The position numbers and the translations under genes were made by a program. From assembly GCA_039621445.1 (NCBI GenBank), contig CP154954.1, positions 46,789,847-46,853,846 on the forward strand: 64,000 nucleotides of DNA, read 5' to 3'. The notes under the pieces were generated by a model. That model worked only from the letters and a program-made list of their open reading frames with translations. It was not told the DNA's origin and made no database searches. The DNA comes from Euglena gracilis. Its lineage: Eukaryota. Shown piece after piece: positions 1 to 46,103 of this stretch (positions are counted from its first letter, which is position 1; each line of letters starts with the position of its first letter).

Positions 1-945
1 CGCCGTTGACAAACAGTGTGACAAACTCACCAACTGGATGGCCCGTCAGTCCGTACCGTCAGGGCCTCTATGTCACGCAGTTTTTTAACGGCGTCAGTTC
101 ATGGGTGCCAAAGCCCAATCCCTGAAGGACAAAATTGTGTTGATGCGCGCAATTGCGCGCATCAACATAAACATGTTGGTGCGCGCATTTGCGCACATAA
201 ACACAATTTTGCCCTTCCAGTGTTGGGCTTCTTCCGCCGGGTTCTTTGCCACTCAACTGGTTCTTCTCATCCCGGGTATAAGCCGGGTGGGAGACACCCG
301 TTCCTCTTTATTCCCTTCATTCCCTACGGACCCTATTTCATCCCCTCTGCGCATCCCTTGCCCAACACCCTGTACTTACCCTCCTTTCCCGTTGTCCTTC
401 CCGCCGGCTTGGTCACACCACACCCACACCCCCCGGCACCTCCTCCCCGCGCTTTAACAAACAGCCCAAAAACACCACACCAAGGTGCCGCAAGCAAAGC
501 AGTCCGGCAAACACCCAGGACGCACACTGCCGGCAGCTCGGACACACCCGGGGACACAGCTGAAAGGAGCAACAAGGGCAGTAAAGGTCCCGTTCCTATG
601 GTGCTTTTTTTGCGTTTTTTTCCCTTTGGGCCGGCAGGGTCCCGGGGGTTTCAACTTACAAAGTCCATTTTGGTACACCCCAAAAACACCATTTTTCGCC
701 AAAGTCCCGGGGATCATACAGCCAAAAACAGAATTTTGCTCATTTTTTGCACTCTCTTGTCCACGTGTTTTCAAACCCCCCTGACCTTCACAGCTGAAAC
801 AAAGCAGAATCAAAAAATTCGTAAATTTGCGCAAGTGCGCAAATCAAACAAAAAATGCTTAAGTGCGAATTAGGCCGCCTAAGTCGGTGACTGACGTGGT
901 CCAGGCGGGTCCCACCTGACGGCTGCCCAAAGCCAAAGAATACTG

Positions 946-1146
946 TAACCCCCCCCCCCTAATATAAGCACGGGTGCGCTTATAGGGGACCGCCGCCTCC
1001 AGCGGCGGGGGGTGCGCTTCTATTTGGACCCTAGCTGCGCGATTTTTGTTGATTTCCTTTAGAAATCCCATCAAAATGGGGGGTGCGCTTTTATTTGGAC
1101 CCTGCGCTTGTAGCGGCCCCGTGCTTCTATTAGGGGGGGGGGGTTA
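946..1146. mobile_element. TA-flanked MITE (Tc1/mariner-pogo-like)
   Basis: TAACCCCCCCCCCTAATATAAGCACGGG ... CCCGTGCTTCTATTAGGGGGGGGGGTTA. Confidence 0.75.
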
Positions 1147-2438
1147 CGCGGGTTGTCAATTGCAGTTACTTCTTCGTTCATCTCAGGCAGATATCCACCT
1201 GCACAAAATAATTCATTTGTCACTGCCAGTGGTCTCACCCATTTAAAGTTTTAGGGGGATACCGCCCCCCCCCATCCTCCGCCCTGAATGAATGAACGAC
1301 GAAATGCAGAAAAAGGTGAGAAATTGAGCATGTTCAGTGAAAACTGCAAAGAACTGTGATAAATACACAAACGTGTGTATAACAGTATCCAAAAATAGAA
1401 AAATGGGTATTCAACTGAAAAAAAAAACTATGTAAAGACAATGCAAATACTCTAAGGAAATCAGAAAGCAAGGAAGATGGGAGTGATCAGCCTAATTGCC
1501 AAAATTGCTTTCCAAACTTCAATGAAAGCAAAACCACTTTCGAAAATGCCCCAATTTCTGAACAAACGTCGCATCAAATGGGTTGCGTATGATTGTAAAT
1601 GCGGTGCAAAAGCTGCCAAAATGCCAAAATAAGCGCTAAATCAATGCAGCATTCGCAAAGGAAGCACTAATTATCAAGGGAAAAAAATTAAGCACTCAAT
1701 ATGCGAAAAGTGCAGAATAAGAGCTTTGCATATTCACCACCGCAAAAAAAGACATTTTTCATAAAGCTTGGGAACAATAAATGCGAAAAGCAGGTTTGGG
1801 AGTTTTGCAGCGGGGGGGGGGTCCCAAAACGCCCTCCTTTTCTTCGCCGGGGGATGATTGGTCGTCTCTTGGTTTGTCATCTTGTTGAAAGTTGCCGCCT
1901 AACCTCCTCCCCAACTTTGAACACCCCCACCTACTCCCCCCATCGGGCTGACAAACCAGCGGCCACAGGCCCAGGCAACAACTTCCTGGGCAGGAGGTGA
2001 CACCCTCACAGGGTGGCAACTTCCGGGGGGGGAAGGCAATGGCTCAGCCGGGAAAAGAATATCAACCTGTGGTTTATTTAGGAAGGCTCTGGGCATTGTC
2101 AAAAAAAATTCGGATATGGTCGGAGCAGAAAACGGTCCACCCAACAACCCAGGCGTGCAACCACTGACTGATGGGGTTTGATGAAGATAGATGGACAGAA
2201 TTCTGCTGGCTGAACACAACACAACTGCATAACATTTGCAATGGCCCATAACACAAAACCCACAAACCCTCCAACCAAAGAAAAGACAGCAACTCAAAAT
2301 TGAAAGACTGTTGTGTTGAACAAAAAATATACAGTGCACACTGCCAAAAAGCAGCGCAATCATTGAAAAGGGTCAGGCGACGGCGATCAACGGTGCAGCA
2401 GACAACTGGGCAGTGACTGCAGCGGCCCAGCACACATA

Positions 2439-12619
<10,181 letters not shown>

Positions 12620-12627
12620 CGGGCGGG

Positions 12628-12645
12628 CTGTGGGGGGAGGAAGCA
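12628..12645 (-). promoter_or_regulatory. Probable spliced-leader trans-splice acceptor of the nuclease gene
   Basis: CTTCCTCCCCCCACAG 8 nt upstream of the ATG; euglenozoans trans-splice. Confidence 0.5.
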
Positions 12646-14146
12646 ACGCTCCGTGGAGAATTCAAGCTTCAACGCCGTGGATGCAGAACACAACGCACTC
12701 TGCCCTCTGCCCATTCTCTTTCACATGCAAAGGGAGGGGTTCATTCTGGTTCTTCTCAGCCTGCACCGCTTATTTTTTTGATTATTTGGATTTTGCAATG
12801 GCCTGGAAACGACCTTTCAAGGAAGCAAAACCCAGTCTGTCATGCCAAAACAACCCTGCACAAGGTGCCACATGGTACCACGATGTGGGGTGCGTCGTTG
12901 CAAATTATATCCTGGGGGGAAATCAACTTTGACCATAAGCGCGAACAAAATCGCCTATTGGAGAATGTGGGGCTGTCATCTTTGACGGGAACGTTGCTGC
13001 TGCAAAATTTCTTCTGCCAAAGCACCAACAATGCTTGTTCCTCAACAGGCGGGATATGAAACAACAGCAGCCCTGAAATCGCAGAAAGGGAACTCAATGC
13101 TCATAGGGGCGTAGCTTTGATCCCCCCCCCCCCGGTGGGGGTCCAGCTCAGAGGCTGGAAGGTTTGGGTTGGTTGGAAAAAGGCTGTTGGTTGGACCCCC
13201 CCATGAGGTCCCTTAGCTGGAACTGGATCCAATTGGGGGGGGGGGGGTGCCAAAACCCAAAACTGCAAAAATGCCCAAAAATTCACATGTAATTGTAATC
13301 CATAAAGGTCTTGGAATCCCTCCAGCATACAGCAACAAAGGTGAGCCCAAAGATATCACTCAGAGAGCTTGAGCCAAGACGACGACCCGGCAATGATTTC
13401 ACACTGCCAGAACTTATACTTTCCCATCAACGTGGCGTCATTGTGGTTAGGCAGGAGGTTGAAAAGATGGGGGGGAGAAGGTGGCATCGAGGAGCAGGCG
13501 CCGATCTGTCACGAGGTAACAGGACTGGCACAGCGTGGGGCTCGTAGAAGGGGGGAACAACAGGAGTGGGGGCCACAGCAGGCAAGGGAGGCCCCTCGGT
13601 GTGGCACCTTGCGACCCTTTCCGCGCGGTTTGGCCGCCTGGGCTGAGGCCCCCTCGCGGCAGTCTACAACGACCTTTCTGTCGGCGGTGCTGCGGGCGAC
13701 CGATGGCGCGGCCCACCGATGGACCAACAGGCGGTGGGTCACGCGATGAATGATGACGTCAGTTCAGGGGGCAGGGCGTCGGGGGGGGGGGGGGCTCGGT
13801 CAGGAGCCTCGGAGGATGCATGGATAAGATAGAAACGGCGCTGATAAGGGCCCGGGAGGGCCTTGCATGTTGAACCGAGCCGACCCAGATGGCCAGCACC
13901 CAACCATCCTGTTGGACCGCGTTGGACCAGGATTTCAGCAAGCACCTGTCATGCCGTGAGCGACGTTACTGCGGATCACAGCACTGGGCAAATAGTACAT
14001 GGGAGCTGCCTCGACGAAAGCCTGTCAATATGTATCACACACACACACACACCAAAAAAACCTGAAAGCAAGCAGAGAGGGGGGAGGGAGGGAGGGGGGA
14101 GGGCCCTTCCTCAACGCCATCCCGTCAGAGGGGGGCGAGGGGCCGG

Positions 14147-38578
<24,432 letters not shown>

Positions 38579-38600
38579 CCAAGACTTCAAAAGAAAGAAA

Positions 38601-38615
38601 CTGTGGGAATGAATG
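38601..38615 (-). promoter_or_regulatory. Probable trans-splice (or 5'UTR) acceptor of the dynamin gene
   Basis: ATTCATTCCCACAG 22 nt upstream of the ATG. Confidence 0.45.
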
Positions 38616-38957
38616 TTCTTTCAATTGAAGTCTTAAAAGAGCCTCCAAAAATGAATCTGAAGGAGACCAGGTGGGGGTGTCTCCCCCGCGTCCCCCCCCC
38701 CGCGTCCCCCCCGCGTCCCACTTTGGAACCAAAATTTTGTTCTCGAGACAGCCAAATTTGGGAGGCTGATTCCTAATTTCAGGCAAATTTGAGGTTGGTG
38801 ATTCCTAATTTGGTGTGGGTGATTCCTAACTTGCGGTGGGTGATTCCTAATTTGGGGTGGCAGAATCCTAATTTGGCTAAAATTTTCTCGCAGCAAATTC
38901 CTAATTTCACCGTCCCAGAAATGGCGTCTCCCCCGCGTCCCATACACCCCAGTGATC

Positions 38958-39372
38958 TAAACCCCCCCCCAAAATAAGACCCCCCCATAAAATGGACCCC
39001 CCCCAAAAATAAGACCCCCCCTGGCCGGTCCGAGCAAAAATCCATGAAATGGACCCCCCCCATAAATAAGACCCCCCCTGCCGGCGCGAAGCGCCGGATT
39101 TTTGAAAAAAGGGCCATTTTTGGGCGGTAAATCTGTCATTTTGGGACAGTTTCCATACAATTCAGCATATTTTCCCTATTTGCCTGGCGCGAAGCGCCAA
39201 ATTTTTCGAAAAATGGTATTTTGGGGGGCATTTTTGGACATTTCGGGGGGTCGAAAATTTTCCAGCAAAAATCCATAAAATGGACCCCCCCCCATGAATA
39301 AGACCCCCCCTCGGGCTTTCCAGCAACCGACCCATGAAATGGACCCGGGGTCTTATTTTGGGGGGGGGTTTA
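38958..39372. mobile_element. TA-flanked MITE
   Basis: TAAACCCCCCCCCAAAATAAGACCC ... GGGTCTTATTTTGGGGGGGGGTTTA. Confidence 0.75.
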
Positions 39373-39959
39373 GTTCGTTCCAACCCCCCCCCCACAATCC
39401 TCAAAGGTCCCCCCCCTTCCAAACTGAGCTAGTCGTGACCCGAAATGACCCCACCCAAAATTAAAACACCTCCAACTACTCAAAATACCCTCACCCCCCC
39501 CAAGGTGGCCACCTTGCGGGCGGCGTGAAACCCCCAAACGGCCGCTCTGGGGGGGAAACCAGGGGTGTAGAAGTTTTCTCGGGGGGGGGGGGAGATCCTT
39601 GACATGGCCCATTTTGAACATTTTTTGCCCCCCTTTGGGCGGCAAGCTGGTAATGCTGTTTTTTTTTTTTTGAAAGATGGCATTAAATTTGGAAAAAATG
39701 TGGCAATTTTTGACATCATACCACAAATCCATCACAATTTGGAAGTTTTCAAGCAAATGGCAACAAAATACATTGTCCTACATGGTTAAAACAGTCATAT
39801 CAGGACCTTAAAGCCATTTTTGGACACTTTTGATGACATTTTTAGGAATGAAAAACGGACACTGGGTTTTGGACAGAACCGGCGTTCCTAACGCCGGGTT
39901 TTAGGACAGACCGGCGTCCGGAAAACCCGTGGGGGGCTGTGTGGAGGTGCTTCGGACCA

Positions 39960-40333
39960 AAGATTTCCAAGGCCGGCAAGATGTGTTATGTACAGATGTG
40001 GAAAGGTTGTGGAGCCGAAGTGTCTCTTGTCACTGTGCGAGCCAAAACACATGCTGATGGTTGTTTGTAATTGAAGAAAATGAAGCTGTCGTCAGTGGCG
40101 GTTCCCAGAAGCTCCATGGACAGGCGCACAGTGCGCTCTTCAACGTGCAGATCGCCCGTTTTATATTTGCCAACAACCTTCCCTTCATGTTGGTTGAAGA
40201 GCACTCTGAGACCAGTACGAAAATTCCTTGCAGGCACACTATATCCACCACACTGCTAGATGAAGTGTTCCAAGCGGAGCGTTCAAGGGTGGCCAAGTGT
40301 TTAGAAGGAGAATGGGTCACCGTCTGTGTGGAT
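39960..40333 (+). pseudogene. hAT transposase relic (BED-like finger and N-terminal catalytic region)
   Basis: IARFIFANNLPFMLVE...PCRHTISTTLLDEVF...WVTVCVD, cut at the first catalytic D; frameshifted upstream. Confidence 0.65.
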
Positions 40334-40537
40334 CAGGGTAGATTCGATTCATCGATTAATCGACTAATCGTTTGCGGTCTCCGATTAATCGAATTGTTCG
40401 GGGGGGAGGGATTAATCGGACCACAAAAACAGGTCCACAAAAACACAAGTATAACATCTCATCACGTCACTTCCCAAGACCCACATCCCAATGTTGATGA
40501 CGGAGGCCATAATGAAAAATGTTCTACAAACGTAAAC

Positions 40538-40609
40538 ACACATGTAGCTTAGCGGTAAAGCGCTCGTTTCACCAGTACGAGGTCGTGGGTTCGACTCCCA
40601 CCATGTACG
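40538..40609 (+). pseudogene. tRNA-like element (tRNA pseudogene or SINE head)
   Basis: A box TAGCTTAGCGG; B box GGTTCGACTCC; D, anticodon and T stems pair; 9-nt anticodon loop (TTCACCAGT); only 5 of 7 acceptor pairs. Confidence 0.6.
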
Positions 40610-42277
40610 AACCCTTTTCATTTTTTCTACAAGTTATTTTTACCAATAAAAGTCCCACCAAAAAAGACGAGGTTTTCTATTGCACCTACGACAGCAGGGT
40701 CAACGACCGCACGCTCTACCACTGGGCCACTCGCCTTCTGATACCTGGCAAGCCAGAAAGAAGTATACGAGGCTTGAATTTTCAGGTGGTCAAGCAACGT
40801 CTATGCAATGGAGGTGATCCTTGAATTGTAGGACTTCATAAAAATTGTTCTGCAAGACGATCGAACGCCTGTGTTTCGGCTCGCTCAGGCCAGGCCCCTT
40901 TCAGCACACATGATTTTTTTGGCATTAAACCGGCGTTCGGGTTCAGGACAGAACCAGCGTCTCCCAGGATCCTCAACTCTCATTAGGAGACAACCAGATG
41001 CCGCGATTCCTAATCCAAAAAAAATGGACGGTGGTTTTTTTGAAACCAACAAAAGCACTTTTTTTTTTGAAGAAGAAGAAAACCGAAGAAAAAAAACGCC
41101 ATCCCTGTCGATGGGCTAAGAAAGAGATGGCCCAAAGCATTCACCACAGCTGCTTCCCGATAAACCCATCCACCCGCACATCCATTTGCTTTAAAGAGCA
41201 TTCTACAACGAGAAAGCAAACTGCTGCATAATTCTTGTACCAACCAACCGATCTTTCTATTGCCATTAATGCTGTCGGACAAACAGGCACCAATTAATTG
41301 CTTACGGGGGAGAGGGCTTTCTAGGAGTTGGGTGTGCTTTGACATACTGACGTGATATGCATTGACGAAAGCTACCCCCCCCCCCCTTGTGCTTGACAGG
41401 TTGGTCCGTGAAACACACCTTGTGTCAACCGCACTTCTCCCATGCCCAAAATGCCATTTTCTCCATAGTACATTGCACATGTCACAGCATTCCATGACAC
41501 ATACCCCGTGTCAACTTCATGTTCTCTGTATTTTGGTGTTTCACAGACAATATACGCCAGGAGAAGGTGCAGGAGACTGCTTTCCATTGTGGACACTATG
41601 ACAACTACATCTGCCATGTTGTGGTGCCAATTGGGAGACCTGTCTTTGAGTGGGTACATACCCCCGGGTCCCCCGAAACCCCCTTGGTGTATCTTGGCCA
41701 TCCATATCCATTGCATCATCTTGGCGTTGCTCTTCTTCCCCAACCTCATTGGGTAAGGCCAAGTTCGAGAGCGTTGCCAATACCTCATCTATTTGGGATG
41801 GAACAGGTGGCAGGGGAATGTCAGGTGCAGGCAGGTTGGGGTTTGTGGTTGCTGGGACAAGGACATGCTTCGTCATGCCTTTCTCCAACACGTTTATGGG
41901 CAGTTGTTCCAAGGCATCTAACACCCACGAGACAACGTCACAGCGAGAAGGGGTGACCCACGGTTTGATCGAAGCAATTTGGTTACCATCCCCCCCATAT
42001 AAGACCCCCCCCCTGGCCGGCCGAAGGCCGTCCCTTTGGCCGGGTTCAAGGTTTCAAGGTTGCCGTCGGTAACTTTTATGTCTCTTGGCGGGGTACCATG
42101 CCCCCCCAAATAAGACCCCCCCATATAAGACCCCCCCTGGGATTTTGGCTCCCGAGGGGGGGTCTTATATGGGGGGGGCATGGTACCCCGCCAAGAAACA
42201 TAAAAGTAACCGACGGCAAACCTTAAAAACGTGTTCAGCCCGCCAAATGCCTGCCCTGAAATTCATGGTCATGAACA

Positions 42278-44180
42278 CGTTTTCCATGAGGGCATTTGTG
42301 GCAATGACACGTTTTCGATTAAGGCATCTGTGGTCAGGCACATTTTCCATTAAGGCATCTGTGGCAATGACACGTTTTCCATTAAGGCATCTATGGTCAG
42401 GCACGTTTTCCATTAAGGCATCTGTGGCAACCCCGAGCAAGAAGCAAAAATCGCTATCACGAAAAATCGGTGAGCAGTTGAGAGGCCGAGGTGGTCCTCA
42501 ACGAGTGAGGCGGGTCGGGGGCACTCTACAACACAACAGAAGGCTAGACGTTGCCTTGGAGCACTCCGACACGGAGTGGCGGACATCACGGAACACGACA
42601 CGCTTTACACAAAAAAAGAGCCATACTTTGGTGGCCGCCGCAAATCTTTGGCAATGAAAATGATATGACAAACCGCAGGCGTCACATACAACTTTGTTCA
42701 GCTCCACACAATTTGGATTTTTGGGAATGGCAACACCACAAAAACCACATTTCTCCTGTTTTATAGGCAGTCGGGACACAGCACGAGGCACAGGGGGTTG
42801 GTCAGGGGAGGGAGGCGCTACGGAGCTGCTGACAGCAGGAGCGGAACGTTGCTCGGCGGTGGGAAACACAGACGGAACATCGGTCAGGTCCTGATTTTCG
42901 ACCGAGTGTTCCTCACTTGGCGGGGCGCAAAAATTTGCCCAAGTTGACCACCGAGCAATGTTCCGCGCCGTAGCTGATGATGAGCTGCTGATGGGAGGCT
43001 GGGTTCCAGCTCCCATCCCGTCCAGGCAACAAAGAAAGCATCCAACTCAGGATAAGAGGCTTGCCGATGTTGACACAGTTTGGCGAACTCCAAACAGTTG
43101 GCAACAGCAGCAAGCTCTGCACCTACGGAGCCAGACTTTTTCTTCGTGTTGCCCTGTGCCAGCAAGGGGGTCAACCTTCGGCTTCTTGCAGGGGGGGGGG
43201 ATGCGCTGGGTGGTCCTCGCAAAAATGCGCAAAAATGTGCAAAAATGCGCAAAAAATGCGCTGAGTTTGTACATTCCTAAGAGAAAAAGGACTTAGAAAA
43301 ATTTCCAACAATGAGCCCAAAATTAAACCAAAATCACCAAAAACAGCTGAAATGAAGGCATTTTTGGCCAAAAAAAAATGCATCAGCAAGGCGTCACTCT
43401 CTGTTCACCATAACCAACAATGTCAGCCATGGTGCCTCTTACTTGTGACCAGGGGAGTAGGATTCGATGCGGGGTCTCTGCAAACCCTAGTGTCCTCATC
43501 ATCATTGGATGAATACCCACACCTCATCACCCAAAGCTTTTTTCTTGAATATGGACAAAATGCCTCCAAAAAGTGAAAAAAAAGGTGGGAAAATGCAAAA
43601 AAAAATGCGCAAAAAGCCGAACAGAGCACAAATCAAACAACATAACTCAGCATCAATGCAACATTGGTCAAGGAGCAATTTGATAATACACAATTAAAAT
43701 CAAAAAAAAATGAAACTGCAACATGTAAAAAAAAGCCGGAAATTCTTAAGATGCAAAAAAATGCGCGAAAAAAATCGAAAAATGCGCAAAAAATCGAAAA
43801 AATGCGCAAAAAATGCGAAAAAATGCGCAAAAATGCGCATTTTCCCAAAAATCCGGAAAATGCGCAAAAAATGCGCAAAAATGCGAAAAAATGCGAAACG
43901 CATTCCCCCCCCCCTGCTTCTTGGCATCTTGCTGGTATACCGCGAGAGAAGCTAGGAACAGTTCCCAAAAGACCATTCACAAAGTTTGCCGTGTGTTTAG
44001 CCATAATGGGAGGGCTGCGGAAAAAAGGGGGGGGGTGACACGTTTTCCATTAGGGCATCTGTGGCAATGACACGTTTTCCATTAAGACATCTGTGGTCAG
44101 GCACGTTTTCCATTAAGGCATCTGTGGCAACGACACGTTTTCCATTAAGGCATCTGTGGTCAGGCACGTTTTCCATTAGG
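42278..44180. repeat. Two blocks (42278-42430 and 44036-44180) of ~28-29-bp tandem repeats CACGTTTTCCATTAAGGCATCTGTGG, split by a 1.6-kb insertion
   Basis: Read directly; no unique spacers. Confidence 0.8.
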
Positions 44181-44731
44181 GCGCCGTTTTTTGGGTCCGA
44201 ATTTCACATTTTCGCGTTTTTGACCCCTTGCGTGAATCATGACCACAAATTTCAGGGCAGGCATTTGGCGGGCTCTGAACACGTTTTTAAACAAATTGTG
44301 GCTGAGCCCAGATTTCAGCCTGAAAACGTGTTCAGGGGGCCCCCTTCGGGGGCCCCCTCCTGAACACGTTTTCAGGATGAAATCTGGACTCAGCCACAAT
44401 TTGTGTGTAGAAAGGCCTGTCCACCACAAAATCCATCACTTGGAAAGCGCCAGTGCATCCAGAGGGGATGAATGCTACATTGATGCCTCCTGGACATGCC
44501 TAGGCTGGTTACATTTTCCTGCTGGTTTTCTAAAAGTAAAACCAAGAGAGCAATGGAAAGCCAAGGTGACTGTTCAACCATGGTTGCCAAGACGACGGTT
44601 GCTTGTGGTCGCAAAGAACTGCAAGGATATTGTTTGCATGCAAGGGGTCATCATTGGGAGGGGCGGTTGCCACACACCACGACCATGGATGGAGTTCCAG
44701 AAAAAAAATTGCTGCCTCTATAGCGCACCAT

Positions 44732-45024
44732 GGGAGGTTCGGCAACAGCCCCCCAGGTGGTCGGACCCCCTCGGCACGGCCAAAATGGCACCCCCCCCCC
44801 CCCCCACGTCAAGCTGACCCCCTCGGCACGGCAAAATGGGGACCCCCCCCCCCGTCAGCTGACCCCCTCGGCACGGCATGCCGAACCATACCAATGAATT
44901 TTCCTTTGGGAAATTCCGGCTGTCCGCCACGGTGGACCCCCCTGGGGGACTGACCCCCTCGGCACGGCAAAATGGAGACTCCCCCCCCTGGTGGCCGAGG
45001 GTCCTCGTCAGACATGCCGAACCC
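44732..45024. mobile_element. MITE (GGAGGTTCGGCA TIR); near-identical inverted copy at ~53577-53827
   Basis: Shared ~200-bp core (MPNHTNEFSFGKF pseudo-ORF on opposite strands). Confidence 0.75.
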
Positions 45025-45750
45025 CAGACTATGCAGTGTCACCCATTCGTCTGCAGGGCTTTTTTTGCCTCCCTCCATCCCCACAACACACGCTTCACTG
45101 CCATGTTGCGAGTGGGGAATTCATTGGGTTGCATGAAATGCTGCCGGTTTCATCTGACGGCTGGTGCAATGCCATCTGCCGCCTCAACGAGCAGAAGCAC
45201 GGGGGAGGGGGTGTTGGCTGGGACCACCAACCGCCGCCTGAGGGACAGTGGAAATCAAGATTGTTACCCACATGACGCAGCCATGCGCCATCTGCTATAA
45301 ACTGATCACCCCTAACTTCATCTCCTCTAAAGTACAAGTCATTTATACACCCCTTTGAGCAAGGATGGATATTGATAACTGTGACCCCCCCCTATTTGTC
45401 CCCCCCCCTAATTGGCCAGAGCCCAGGTGGCCAATTAGGGGGGGGGTTACTCATTTCAAGGGAAAATGCCTTTATTCGGGTGTTTTTCGGGGGTTCGCGA
45501 CTATGAAGGACGGGGCCCAGGTGGCCAATTGGGGGGGGGGGGGTTGGGGGGAACCCCCCCCCTAATTGTCCCCCCCCTAATTGGCCAGAAGGGGGGTCCG
45601 GGCCGCCCAGAGGGCGGCCAAATAGGGGGGGGGGTCACGTTATTGGGTTTGGGGGGGGGGGGTCCCGATAAAACCCGATATATTGACCCCCCCGATATCC
45701 TCGATAAATCCGATAAATTCGATGTGGAGATGGAAAAAAAAAAGACCCAA

Positions 45751-46103
45751 GTACCATGCCTCCCCCCCCCCCCCGAGCTATTCCCGTCCCCGGGACCCTT
45801 TACGGCCCAATGGGAACAGTACGGGGGGGGGATAGCTTGGGGGGGGACCTAGGTCCCCCCCCCGAGCTATTCCCATACCCGACCCTCGGGCAACCCAAAA
45901 GGGGTCATTTTTGGCAACTTTTTTGGACGTTCGCAAAAAAGGGTCAATTTTAAGCACATTTGCCAAAAAGTGATTTCTGAAAACGTCCCAAAAACGTCGA
46001 TTTTTGACCACTTTTTGGGGAATTCCTTGGTAAAAAGTGCTATGACAGTGAGCTATTCCCGTCCCCCCTATGAGAATAGCTCGGGAGGGGGGGGGCATGG
46101 TAC
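45751..46103. mobile_element. MITE with GTACCATG TIR; relatives at ~38081-38280 and ~42094-42186
   Basis: GTACCATGCC...CCGAGCTATTC / GAATAGCTCGG...GGCATGGTAC. Confidence 0.72.

Noticed and set aside
70-2400. ORFs at the window start
   Set aside because: Low-complexity, repeat-derived sequence with no coding bias or motifs.
42278-44180. CRISPR-like array of ~28-29-bp repeats (with a Cas4-like gene in the same window)
   Set aside because: The repeats are contiguous with no unique spacers, there is no cas operon, and the context is eukaryotic.
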